Shown here: positions 33,125-41,482 of the stretch, one piece after another
Layout: the number at the start of each line of letters is the position of its first letter
Position numbering within the stretch: position 1 is the stretch's first letter
Source of the DNA: Vicinamibacterales bacterium
Lineage (GTDB): Bacteria > Acidobacteriota > Vicinamibacteria > Vicinamibacterales > UBA2999
Length of the DNA: 63,025 nt
Direction of reading: 5' to 3'
Assembly: GCA_035646375.1 (NCBI GenBank)
Contig: DASRPM010000098.1
Location: 1 to 63,025 of the forward strand
Notes under the pieces: model-generated
What the model was told of the DNA's origin: nothing
The model's input: only the letters and a program-made list of their open reading frames with translations
Database searches by the model: none
Made by a program: the position numbers and the translations under genes

Positions 33125-36049
33125 ATGGGTAGAGAGCACGCACGCGGCGGTCCCTGGCTGGTAGTCCTGGGCCTGATGATGGTGGCCTGCGGGCCCCTGC
33201 AGGTGACGACCGTCGCCGCGGGACCAGCCGCGCCCCCACCGGCGGCGCCCGCACCGCAGGCGGCGGCGGCCGAGGCTCCGGCGCCTGCCCAGGAGCGCGC
33301 GCTCGCCACCATCACCACGACGCCGTGCGGCACGCCTCTGGCCGCGCCGGCCGCGCTCCCTCCGGCGAACTCGGCCCCCTTCGTGTGGCAGCTCGAAGTG
33401 TGCTTCCCCCGGCAGGGGAACGCGCCCGTCATCGAGTCGGAAACCTACATGTACTACATCAAGCTGCGTGGCAGTCAGCCATCGCAGGGCATCTTCGTGC
33501 CCTACGGCGACGCCACCGAGCAGACGATGCTCACCGACTTCAAGACGCTCTGGGGCACCAACTTCCTCGAGGACCTCTCCATCGACATCACGGACTTCAC
33601 CTTCGAGAACGGCGTCGTCGGCAAGATCGTGACCTACAACATGGAGGAGCGCGAGCGGGTCAAGATCGTCGACTACCAGGGCAGCAAGCAGATCGACCGC
33701 ACGAAAATCGACGAGAAGCTGGCCGAACGCAACGTGGAGCTCCGCCTCGACTCGTTCCTCGACGAGGGCGTCATCCGCCGCGTCGAGGGCGTGCTGCGCT
33801 CGTTCATGGCGGAGAAGGGCTTCACCAACGCCGAGGTGACGCACAAGATCACGCCGGTGGCGGGCGGGCCGAAGCTCGTGAACGTCACGTTCAACGTCAG
33901 CGAGGGGCCGAAGATCAAGATTCGCAAGGTGGACTTCGTCGGCAACACCGCCTTCAGCGACGGCCGCCTGCAGCGCCGCCTCAAGGAGAACAAGCCGAAG
34001 GGCATCATCTCCTTCATCACCGGCAGCGGTACCTACAAGGAAAACGAGTACGAAGCGGACGTCGAGCGTGTCGTCGAGTTCTACCAGAACAACGGGTACG
34101 CGCGCGCGCGCGTCGGCCAGCCTGAGCTGAAGACGCTCGAAAACACCAAGGACGGCAAGACGCGCTGGATCGAGCTGCGCATTCCCGTCACGGAAGGACC
34201 GCGCTACCAGTTCGGCAATCTCGGATTCGACGGCAACACCATCTTCAAGACCGAAGGGCTGCGCCCGCTCTATACGGTGGAGAAGGGCGAGTGGTACAGC
34301 CGCAAGAAGCTGGACGACGGCCGCAAGAAGTCGCAGGAAGTCTACGGCCGGTTCGGCTACATGGAGTTCACGGCGTTCCCGGACCTGTCGTACAGCGACG
34401 ACCCCTCGGTCGAAGACCAGCTGGCGAACCAGATCCCCGAGGCGCTGCGCGCGCCGCCCGAGGCGGCGTCCGGCGCCAAACCGGTGCCCGTCGCCGACAT
34501 CACCATGCGGATCGAAGAGGGGCCGCAGTACTTCGTCAACCGCATCACCTTCACCGGCAACACCACCACTCGCGACAACGTCATCCGCCGCGAGATGCGC
34601 CTGTTCGAGGGCGGCGTCTTCGATACCGAGGCGCTCAAGTTCAGCGTCCGTCGTCTCAACCAGCTTGGCTACTTCAAGAATCTGGAAGGGAACGACAAGG
34701 ACATGAAGGTGGACAAGACTCCCGGCAAGCCGAACGCCGTGGACGTCACGCTGAAGTTCGAAGAGCAGAACCGCAACCAGCTCACCTTCGGCGCCGGCGT
34801 GTCGCAGTACGAAGGCGTGTTCGGCCAGCTCGCGTTCCAGACCTCCAACTTCATGGGACGCGGCGAGAGCCTGACGGTGTCGATGACGGCCGGCGACCGG
34901 TCGCAGAATTACCAGCTCGGGTTCACTGAACCGTTCCTGTTCGATCGGAACATCACCGGCGGGTTCGACATCTACAAGCGCTCGCTGCAGTACATCGGCT
35001 ACTACACGCAGAAGTCCACGGGCGGCAACCTGGTCTTCGGGTTCCCGGTCGCCAACTTCAGCCGGCTGTTCTTCAACTACTCGTACGAGACGACCAGGAT
35101 TGGCGATCTCAACGAGGCCCTCATCGACCAGTCGTGTCTGCTGCGCAGCACGGGGTGTTCGATCATCTCGTCGGTGGGCGATCTCGGCGCGCTGACGCCG
35201 ACGCAGGTGGACATCCTGCGCCGCAACCCGTTCGTCTACGACTCGCTGCTGGTGGGACAGGGCGGCTCGCGCTCGATCAGCAAGGTCACCCCGAGCTTCG
35301 TCCACAACACGGTGGACAACCCGATCTTCCCGTCCACGGGCCGCCGGCTCACCGCGGCACTCGACCTGGCGGTGCTTGGCGGCAACACGAAGTTCTACAA
35401 GCCCCGGGTGGAAGGGATCATGTTCTTCCGCCACACGTCGCGGACGTCGTTCGGGTTCCGCGGTCAGGCGGAGTACATCGCGCCGGTCGGCGACAGCACC
35501 TGCGTCGTGATTCCGCCGGCGACGACCTGCTCGCCGTCGCTGCCGATCTTCGAGCGGCTGTTCCTGGGCGGCGAGTACAGCGTGCGCGGCTTCGACATCC
35601 GCTCGATCGGCCCCACGGTGCCCGGATCGCCGATCGTGCTCGGCGGCAACAAGAGCCTGCTGTTCAACGCCGAGTACATGTTCTCGATCGCCAGCCAGGT
35701 GCGCATCGTGGGCTTCTTCGACGCCGGCCAGGTGCGCGACTTCGGCGAAAGTTTCGTGTGGAAGGAAGATCTGACGAGGACGACCCCCGTCATCCCGCCG
35801 CTGCTGGATCCGTTCGCGTCGAGCAACCTCATCGATCCGTCCGCGCCGACGACCGTGACCGAATTCATCGGGCGCACCCACGCATTCAAGACCTCGACGG
35901 GTCTCGAGCTGCGCTTCTTCATGCCGGTGCTGAACGTGCCGTTCCGGCTGATCTACTCGTTCAATCCGAGCCGCGCCGGGGTGCTCGACAACAGCCTGCA
36001 GCCGGCGAAGAAGACAACCTTCCGGTTCGCTGTTGGCACGACGTTCTAG
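33125..36049 (+). CDS. bamA: outer-membrane protein assembly factor BamA (Omp85)
   Basis: POTRA repeats and a C-terminal Omp85 barrel ending ...FRFAVGTTF. Has an N-terminal P/A-rich extension and is about 974 aa. Confidence 0.92.
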   Translation: MGREHARGGPWLVVLGLMMVACGPLQVTTVAAGPAAPPPAAPAPQAAAAEAPAPAQERALATITTTPCGTPLAAPAALPPANSAPFVWQLEVCFPRQGNAPVIESETYMYYIKLRGSQPSQGIFVPYGDATEQTMLTDFKTLWGTNFLEDLSIDITDFTFENGVVGKIVTYNMEERERVKIVDYQGSKQIDRTKIDEKLAERNVELRLDSFLDEGVIRRVEGVLRSFMAEKGFTNAEVTHKITPVAGGPKLVNVTFNVSEGPKIKIRKVDFVGNTAFSDGRLQRRLKENKPKGIISFITGSGTYKENEYEADVERVVEFYQNNGYARARVGQPELKTLENTKDGKTRWIELRIPVTEGPRYQFGNLGFDGNTIFKTEGLRPLYTVEKGEWYSRKKLDDGRKKSQEVYGRFGYMEFTAFPDLSYSDDPSVEDQLANQIPEALRAPPEAASGAKPVPVADITMRIEEGPQYFVNRITFTGNTTTRDNVIRREMRLFEGGVFDTEALKFSVRRLNQLGYFKNLEGNDKDMKVDKTPGKPNAVDVTLKFEEQNRNQLTFGAGVSQYEGVFGQLAFQTSNFMGRGESLTVSMTAGDRSQNYQLGFTEPFLFDRNITGGFDIYKRSLQYIGYYTQKSTGGNLVFGFPVANFSRLFFNYSYETTRIGDLNEALIDQSCLLRSTGCSIISSVGDLGALTPTQVDILRRNPFVYDSLLVGQGGSRSISKVTPSFVHNTVDNPIFPSTGRRLTAALDLAVLGGNTKFYKPRVEGIMFFRHTSRTSFGFRGQAEYIAPVGDSTCVVIPPATTCSPSLPIFERLFLGGEYSVRGFDIRSIGPTVPGSPIVLGGNKSLLFNAEYMFSIASQVRIVGFFDAGQVRDFGESFVWKEDLTRTTPVIPPLLDPFASSNLIDPSAPTTVTEFIGRTHAFKTSTGLELRFFMPVLNVPFRLIYSFNPSRAGVLDNSLQPAKKTTFRFAVGTTF

Positions 36050-36060
36050 CGAACCGCTGT

Positions 36061-36156
36061 CGGCTCTCGGTTTTGGACTTTAGGCCTTGGGCCTGGAGGG
36101 CTTCAGGCGCGGTAGCCTTGAGCCGGCTAGAGCCCAAAGCCCAGAGCCGAAAGCCG
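36061..36156. repeat. heptad-periodic hairpin repeat, divergent copy R4
   Basis: CGGCTCTCGG (36061-70) pairs with CCGAAAGCCG (36147-56). Inner arms are GGTTTTG GACTTTA GGCCTTG GGCCTGG versus GCCCAAA GCCCAGA GCCGAAA, with many G.U positions. Fills the gap between convergent stops at 36049 and 36164. Confidence 0.7.
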
Positions 36157-36163
36157 GCAAGTG

Positions 36164-36628
36164 TCAGAAATGCGTGACGGTGAGCTGATAGGAAGTCGCC
36201 TGTCTCAGCCCGTTCACACCGCCGGCGTCGTAGACGCGCACGCAGTAGTTGCCGGTGGCCGTCGCGGACGCGGTAAGAGCGACACCCACGGTGGCCGCGT
36301 CGTTGGCCAGTGTCGGGGCGCCCACGCTGCAGGCGAGGCCGTTCCAGGTCCCGATGCTCAGGCCGAGGGTAACGTCCGACGGGTCGAGGGCGGTGAAGGT
36401 GGCGACCACGGCGCCGGCGGTCTGCACCACGAACGGCTGGGTAATGGCGCCATTGACGGTGACCGTGCCCTCGAAGGTCTCGGTGACCGAGGTCGGCAGC
36501 GGCGTATCGGGATTCGTAATCGGGTCGTCGCCGCAGCCGGCGGCGGCAAGTGCGGCGGCGACCAGCACCGGGCCGGTCAGCCCGCGCAGCAGGCGGCGCA
36601 GGGGGCGGAGGCGAAGTGAAGAATGCAT
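36164..36628 (-). CDS. hypothetical lipoprotein
   Basis: Start moved to ATG 36628. Signal plus lipobox (LVAAALAAAGC|GDD). The mature part is T/V/A/G-rich and beta-strand-like, ending ...SYQLTVTHF. Confidence 0.65.
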   Translation of the reverse strand: MHSSLRLRPLRRLLRGLTGPVLVAAALAAAGCGDDPITNPDTPLPTSVTETFEGTVTVNGAITQPFVVQTAGAVVATFTALDPSDVTLGLSIGTWNGLACSVGAPTLANDAATVGVALTASATATGNYCVRVYDAGGVNGLRQATSYQLTVTHF

Positions 36629-36779
36629 TCGGTTGGATGTCTCCCGCGCCGGCAGGCGCAATCGGTTGATCTTACTTGGCAGGTACGGGTGGAGTAAAAT
36701 TGCCATCAGTCCATAGGACGCGCATTCGTAGAGGCGGGTCTGCACAGCCCGTCCCGCGCAACAGAAAGGACCGACGTTG

Positions 36780-37460
36780 ATGAGAGTGTTAGCCGCGGCC
36801 CTGGCGGTCAGCATGCTGCTGGCGGCTTCCGAAACCTACGCGCAGGCCCCCGCTCCGGCCCGGCCCGCCGGTCAGGCGCCCGCGCCCGCGGCCCCGCGTC
36901 CCGCGACCCCGGCGCCCGCGCCGGCCGCGGCCCCCGCCCCGCCGCTCGTGAAGTTCCAGGACGGGTTGAAATACGCCTACATCCGCATCGACCGCATCGC
37001 CGCGGAGTCGAATGAGGGGAAGGCGCTCAACGACCGTGTCAAGGGGCTGAACGACCAGAAAGTGCGCGAGCTGAACGAGAAGAACAAGGCGCTGCAGTCG
37101 GCGCAGCAGAAGCTCGATACGGGCGGCAGCGTGCTGAACGACGCGGCCCGGGCGCAGCTCGCGGCCGACATCGAGCGGCAGCAGCGCGACATCCAGCGCT
37201 TCACCGAGGACGCGCAGCAGGATCTCCAGGCGCTGCAGCAGCAGCTCCAGGAGGAGTTCACCCGCAAGCTGAACCCGGTGCTCGAGAAGGTCGCCAAGGA
37301 GAAGCAGGTCCACATGGTGTTCAATGCGACGGAGAGCGGCCTCGTGTGGGCCGACCCGTCGATGGACTTGACGAGCGACATCATCCGGACGCTCGACGCC
37401 TCGGCGCCGGCGCCCGCGACGGCCAAGCCGGCAGCCCCGGCGGCGCCCCCGGCGAAATAG
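36780..37460 (+). CDS. skp: periplasmic chaperone Skp (OmpH)
   Basis: Signal peptide, P/A-rich linker, then an OmpH-like coiled coil (IRIDRIAAESNEGKALNDRVKGLNDQK...QQLQEEF..KLNPVLEKVAKEK). Confidence 0.85.
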   Translation: MRVLAAALAVSMLLAASETYAQAPAPARPAGQAPAPAAPRPATPAPAPAAAPAPPLVKFQDGLKYAYIRIDRIAAESNEGKALNDRVKGLNDQKVRELNEKNKALQSAQQKLDTGGSVLNDAARAQLAADIERQQRDIQRFTEDAQQDLQALQQQLQEEFTRKLNPVLEKVAKEKQVHMVFNATESGLVWADPSMDLTSDIIRTLDASAPAPATAKPAAPAAPPAK

Positions 37461-37478
37461 GGCCGCCAGTACTTGCCT

Positions 37479-37504
37479 GCCACCGGGGACACATCCCCGG
37501 TGGC
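37479..37504 (+). terminator. perfect 11-bp hairpin after skp
   Basis: GCCACCGGGGA-caca-TCCCCGGTGGC, 19 nt after the skp stop and just before the fabZ::lpxA start. No U-tract. Confidence 0.45.
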
Positions 37505-37522
37505 GAATCAGTTCGCTTCGAC

Positions 37523-38797
37523 GTGACTGCGCGAGACGCCTCTCCCGCTCCCGACCTCACGGCGCTCCAGCAGCGCCACTTCTACCGCTATCCCTCGCGC
37601 CTCGTCGACGCCGTCATCGATTACGCCCCGGGCCGCCGCCTGGTGGCCGTGAAGCAGGTGACGGTCAACGAGGAGTTCTTCCAGGGGCATTTCCCCGGCC
37701 TGCCGCTCATGCCGGCGGTGCTGCAGATCGAGGCGCTGACGCAGGCGGCCGCCGCGCTGGTGCTCGAGGGCACCGGCCTGCCGACGGCGCGCGTGGCGCT
37801 GCGCGGCATCGACGGCGGCAAGTTCCGGCGCGCCGTGGTGCCCGGCGATCAGCTGCGGCTCGAGCTCACGCTGCTGCGCGCGCGGTCCCGCCTGGCCATC
37901 GTCCAGGCGGCGGCGTTCGTCGGCGCCGACGTCGTGGCGGAGGCCACGCTGCTGCTCGCCATCGACCCGGGGCCGGCCTCGGTGCACCCGACCGCCATCG
38001 TGCACGCCGGCGCCACCGTCGGGCGCGGGTCGATCATCGGACCGCATTGCGTCATCGGCCCGCAGGTCAGCATCGGCGAGCGGTGCCGGCTGGGCGCCTC
38101 GGTCGTCGTGGACGGCATCACCAGCATCGGCGACGAGACCGAAGTCTTCCCGATGGCGTCGATCGGCCTGGCGCCGCAGGACCTGAAGTACCAGGGCGAG
38201 CCGACGCGCCTCACCATCGGGCGCCGCAACATCTTCCGCGAGTTCGTGACCATCAACCGCGGTACCGAGGGCGGTGGCGGCGAGACGCGCATCGGCGACG
38301 GCAACCTGTTCATGGCCTACGTGCACGTGGCGCACGACTGCCGGGTGGGGAGCGGTACGATTTTCGGCCCGCACGCCACGCTCGGCGGTCATGTGACGGT
38401 GGACGACTTCGCCAACATCAGCGCGGGGTCGGCCGTGCACCAGTTCTGCCGCGTGGGGCCGTACGCGTTCGTCGGCGGCTACTCGGTGGTGACCAAGGAT
38501 GCGCTGCCATACGCGCGGACGATCGGCAGCCGTCCGGCGCGGGTATTCGGCGTCAACAGCATCGGCCTCTCGCGGCGTGGCTTCACGCCCGACAGCATCA
38601 GCCAGCTCAAACGGGCGTATCGCTACCTGCTGCAATCGAAGCTGAACACCACCCGCGCGGTCGCCGCGATCGAGCGCGACGCCAGCCTGACGGCGCGCGA
38701 GGTGGCGGCGCTCGTGGATTTCATCCGAACCTCGAAGCGCGGCGTCATCCTGCGGCGGCCGACCCGGCGCGCCGAAGAGCTCGTGGCGGAGGAATAG
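37523..38797 (+). CDS. fabZ/lpxA: fused 3-hydroxyacyl-ACP dehydratase FabZ / UDP-N-acetylglucosamine O-acyltransferase LpxA
   Basis: The N-terminal ~150 aa are a FabZ hot-dog domain (YRYPSRLVD...EEFFQGHFPGLPLMPAVLQIEALTQ...). LpxA hexapeptide repeats follow directly from VHPTAIVHAGATVGRGSIIGPHCVIG..., and the C-terminal helical domain is present. It is a single ORF with no stop. The start is tentatively GTG 37523. Confidence 0.85.
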   Translation: MTARDASPAPDLTALQQRHFYRYPSRLVDAVIDYAPGRRLVAVKQVTVNEEFFQGHFPGLPLMPAVLQIEALTQAAAALVLEGTGLPTARVALRGIDGGKFRRAVVPGDQLRLELTLLRARSRLAIVQAAAFVGADVVAEATLLLAIDPGPASVHPTAIVHAGATVGRGSIIGPHCVIGPQVSIGERCRLGASVVVDGITSIGDETEVFPMASIGLAPQDLKYQGEPTRLTIGRRNIFREFVTINRGTEGGGGETRIGDGNLFMAYVHVAHDCRVGSGTIFGPHATLGGHVTVDDFANISAGSAVHQFCRVGPYAFVGGYSVVTKDALPYARTIGSRPARVFGVNSIGLSRRGFTPDSISQLKRAYRYLLQSKLNTTRAVAAIERDASLTAREVAALVDFIRTSKRGVILRRPTRRAEELVAEE

Positions 38798-38803
38798 CGC
38801 CGC

Positions 38804-39625
38804 ATGCGACTGGGGCTCATCGCGGGCAACGGGACGTTTCCCTTTCTCGTGCTCGCGGCGGCGCGCGCGCAGGGGCACGAGGTCACCGTGGTGGCGGCGA
38901 AGGAAGAGGCCTTTCCCGAATTGAACGGCGCCGCGACACGTCACGGGGCGGCTATTCACTGGATCTCGCTCGGGCAGCTCGGCACCTGCATTCGCCTGCT
39001 GCAGGACGCCGGCGTGACGCACGCGGTGCTTGCCGGGCAGGTCAAGCACAACAAGATCTTCAGCGGCGGCATCGTCCCGGACCTGACGTTCCTCTCGGTG
39101 TTGACCCGCCTCGCGACCCGCAACACCGACGGGCTGATCGGCGCCGTTGCCGACCTCCTCCAGGACCGCGGTATCGAGCTCATCGACTCGACGTCGCTGC
39201 TCATCCCGCTGCTGGCGCGCGCCGGCGTGCTGACGTCGCGCGCGCCGAACGACGACGAGCGGCAGGACTTCGAGGTGGGCTACCGCGTCGCCGACACGAT
39301 TGCCGGGCTCGACGTGGGCCAGACCGTGGCGGTGAAGACGCGGGCGGTCGTCGCGGTCGAGGCCATGGAAGGCACCGACGAAGTGATCCAGCGGGCGGGG
39401 CAGATTGCGGGCCACGGAGTGCGGGTCGTGAAGGTGGCAAAGCCGAAGCAGGACATGCGATTCGACGTGCCCGTGATCGGCATCGCCACCATCGAGGCCA
39501 TGCGCACCGCCGGCGCCACCGCGATCTCCATCGACGCCGGCAAGACGCTCGTGCTCGACGGTCCGGCCGTGTTCGCGGCGGCCGACGCCGCCGAGATTGC
39601 CGTGTTCGGACGGACGCGTGTCTGA
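38804..39625 (+). CDS. lpxI: UDP-2,3-diacylglucosamine pyrophosphatase LpxI (DUF1009)
   Basis: [14 protein letters not shown]...[27 protein letters not shown]...[13 protein letters not shown]. Confidence 0.85.
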   Translation: MRLGLIAGNGTFPFLVLAAARAQGHEVTVVAAKEEAFPELNGAATRHGAAIHWISLGQLGTCIRLLQDAGVTHAVLAGQVKHNKIFSGGIVPDLTFLSVLTRLATRNTDGLIGAVADLLQDRGIELIDSTSLLIPLLARAGVLTSRAPNDDERQDFEVGYRVADTIAGLDVGQTVAVKTRAVVAVEAMEGTDEVIQRAGQIAGHGVRVVKVAKPKQDMRFDVPVIGIATIEAMRTAGATAISIDAGKTLVLDGPAVFAAADAAEIAVFGRTRV

Positions 39626-40592
39626 CGTGCGTCCAGCGCCGGCGGGCCGCCCGCTGCGCGTCGCCGTCATCGGAGTCGGGCACCTGGGGCGGCACCACGC
39701 CCGCCTGTTGGCCGGCACGCCCGGCATCGACCTCGTGGCGGTGGTGGACACGGCACCGGGGCGCGCGGCGGAAATTGCGAGCCAGCACGGTGGGGAAGCG
39801 TTCGAAGACTGGCGCGACGTGCGCGGGCGCGTGGACGCGGTGACGATTGCCGTGCCCACCGAATCGCACGCGGACATCGCGGTCGGGTGCATCGAGGCGG
39901 GCGCGGCAGTACTGGTGGAGAAGCCGCTGGCCTCGTCGGTGGCCGACGCCACCCGCATCGTGGACGCCGCCGCGCGCCATGGCGTGATCTGCGCCGCTGG
40001 CCATTCCGAGCGGTTCAATCCGGCGGTGGCCGCCGCGCTGCCGCACGTCAAGGATCCGCGCTTCATCGAGGTGCATCGGCTCGGGGCGTTTCCGGACCGC
40101 GGCCTCGACGTGGACGTGATCTTCGATCTGATGATTCACGACCTGGATCTGCTGCTCGCGACCGTCGGATCGGACGTCGTCGACATCGAGGCCGTGGGCG
40201 TGAACGTGCTCACCCCGAAGACCGACATCGCGAACGCGCGGCTGCGGTTCGCCTCGGGCTGTATCGCCAATCTGACCGCCAGCCGCATCAGCCGCGACCG
40301 TGTGCGCAAGGCGCGCTTCTTCCAGCGGGCGTCGTACGTCTCGATCGACTTTGCCGCGCGCGAGGTCGAGGTGTACCGTCTGGTGGCAGGCGACGGGCGC
40401 CCGTCGATCGAAGGCGGACGCCTCACGGTCGCCAAGGACGAACCGCTGCGGCGTGAGCTCGACGACTTCGTGCAGGCCGTCCGCGAGGGGCGCGCCCCAG
40501 GCGTCACCGCGGCGGCCGCCCGCGACGCCTTGATACTCGCCACCCGCGTCGCCGAGGCCATGAGCGCAGGAGCAGGAGCAGGACCATCATGA
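39618..40592 (+). CDS. Gfo/Idh/MocA-family NAD(P)-dependent oxidoreductase
   Basis: [15 protein letters not shown] Rossmann N-terminus and the EKPLA motif. The start is GTG 39618 or 39627, overlapping the lpxI stop. The stop overlaps the next start (ATGA at 40589). Confidence 0.85.
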   Translation: MSDVRPAPAGRPLRVAVIGVGHLGRHHARLLAGTPGIDLVAVVDTAPGRAAEIASQHGGEAFEDWRDVRGRVDAVTIAVPTESHADIAVGCIEAGAAVLVEKPLASSVADATRIVDAAARHGVICAAGHSERFNPAVAAALPHVKDPRFIEVHRLGAFPDRGLDVDVIFDLMIHDLDLLLATVGSDVVDIEAVGVNVLTPKTDIANARLRFASGCIANLTASRISRDRVRKARFFQRASYVSIDFAAREVEVYRLVAGDGRPSIEGGRLTVAKDEPLRRELDDFVQAVREGRAPGVTAAAARDALILATRVAEAMSAGAGAGPS

Positions 40593-41482
40593 TTGCCGCC
40601 TCCCCCTTCGACCAGCATCTCGCCCGCATCGCCGGCGGCGCCGACCTCGAGCCGGCAGTCGTCGAAGAGCTCGCCGCGGGCGCCGACATCCTCCCCGCGG
40701 GCATGCTCGCCGACGCGCTCAAGCGGCGCCTGCACGGCGCCCGCGTGTCCTTCCTGCGGGTCGCGATCTGCCCGTTCGATCGTTCCTTCGCCGACGCGGT
40801 GCCGCCGGCCGCGGGCGAGGTGCGCATCAGCGGCGCGCCGGAAACCCTCGACATCGCGCTCAGCGCCATCGCCAGCGCGCGTGCCGTAGCCGGCGAGCGC
40901 GCCCTCACCGGCTTCTCGTGGACCGACGTCGAACGGTTCGCCACGGCCGCGGGCGAGCGCCCGGTGGTCGTGCTGACGCGGCTGCGCGACGCGGGGCTCG
41001 AAGGGCTGGCGCTGGTCGCGCTCGACACGATCGGCGACCCGGCCGCCGCGGTCGAGGCGATGGCCAAGGCCGGGTTCGAGCGGGTGCGGCTGCACGTGTC
41101 CAAACCCCACGCCGGCAACCCGGCGCCCTTCTGGCTCGGCATCGGGGCGCTGCAGCAGCGCGTCCGCGTGATCGAGTCGATCAACCCGCTGCCGCTGTCG
41201 CTCAGTGCGTTCAAGCCGACGACCGGCTACGAGGACGTGAAGGCAGTGGCGATCGCGCGTCTCGCCGCGCCGCAGGTCCCGCACATCCAGGTGGACTGGA
41301 TGCGGTACGGCCCGAAGCTGGCGCAAGTGGCGTTGACCTTCGGCGCCGACGACGTCGACGGCAGCTCGGCGTCGGACGCGGCGCCGGAAGGGCGCCGGCG
41401 GGCGCCGCTCGAGGAGATCCGCCGCAACATCGAGGCGGCGGGGTTCGAGCCGGCCGAGCGCGGAGGGCGTGCCGGCGCATGA
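40589..41482 (+). CDS. MqnC/MqnE-like protein lacking the radical-SAM cysteine triad
   Basis: 297 aa, alignable by eye to the MqnC/E gene at 42280 (ADILPAGMLADALKRRLHG ~ APTMLLGWLADGIRARKHP; TTGYEDVKAVAIARL...FGADDVDG ~ ATGVDYLRTLAVARI...YGANDMGS; IRRNIEAAGFEP ~ IVTNVEAAGFTA). It has a single Cys where CxxxCxxC should be. Confidence 0.7.
   Translation: MIAASPFDQHLARIAGGADLEPAVVEELAAGADILPAGMLADALKRRLHGARVSFLRVAICPFDRSFADAVPPAAGEVRISGAPETLDIALSAIASARAVAGERALTGFSWTDVERFATAAGERPVVVLTRLRDAGLEGLALVALDTIGDPAAAVEAMAKAGFERVRLHVSKPHAGNPAPFWLGIGALQQRVRVIESINPLPLSLSAFKPTTGYEDVKAVAIARLAAPQVPHIQVDWMRYGPKLAQVALTFGADDVDGSSASDAAPEGRRRAPLEEIRRNIEAAGFEPAERGGRAGA

Noticed and set aside
30445-35881. 995-aa and 974-aa minus-strand ORFs (30445-33432 and 32957-35881)
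   Set aside because: They are antisense to clpC and bamA, both of which have unambiguous full-length homology. The translations are Arg/Ala/Gly/Leu-rich with no motifs. They are GC-driven shadow ORFs.
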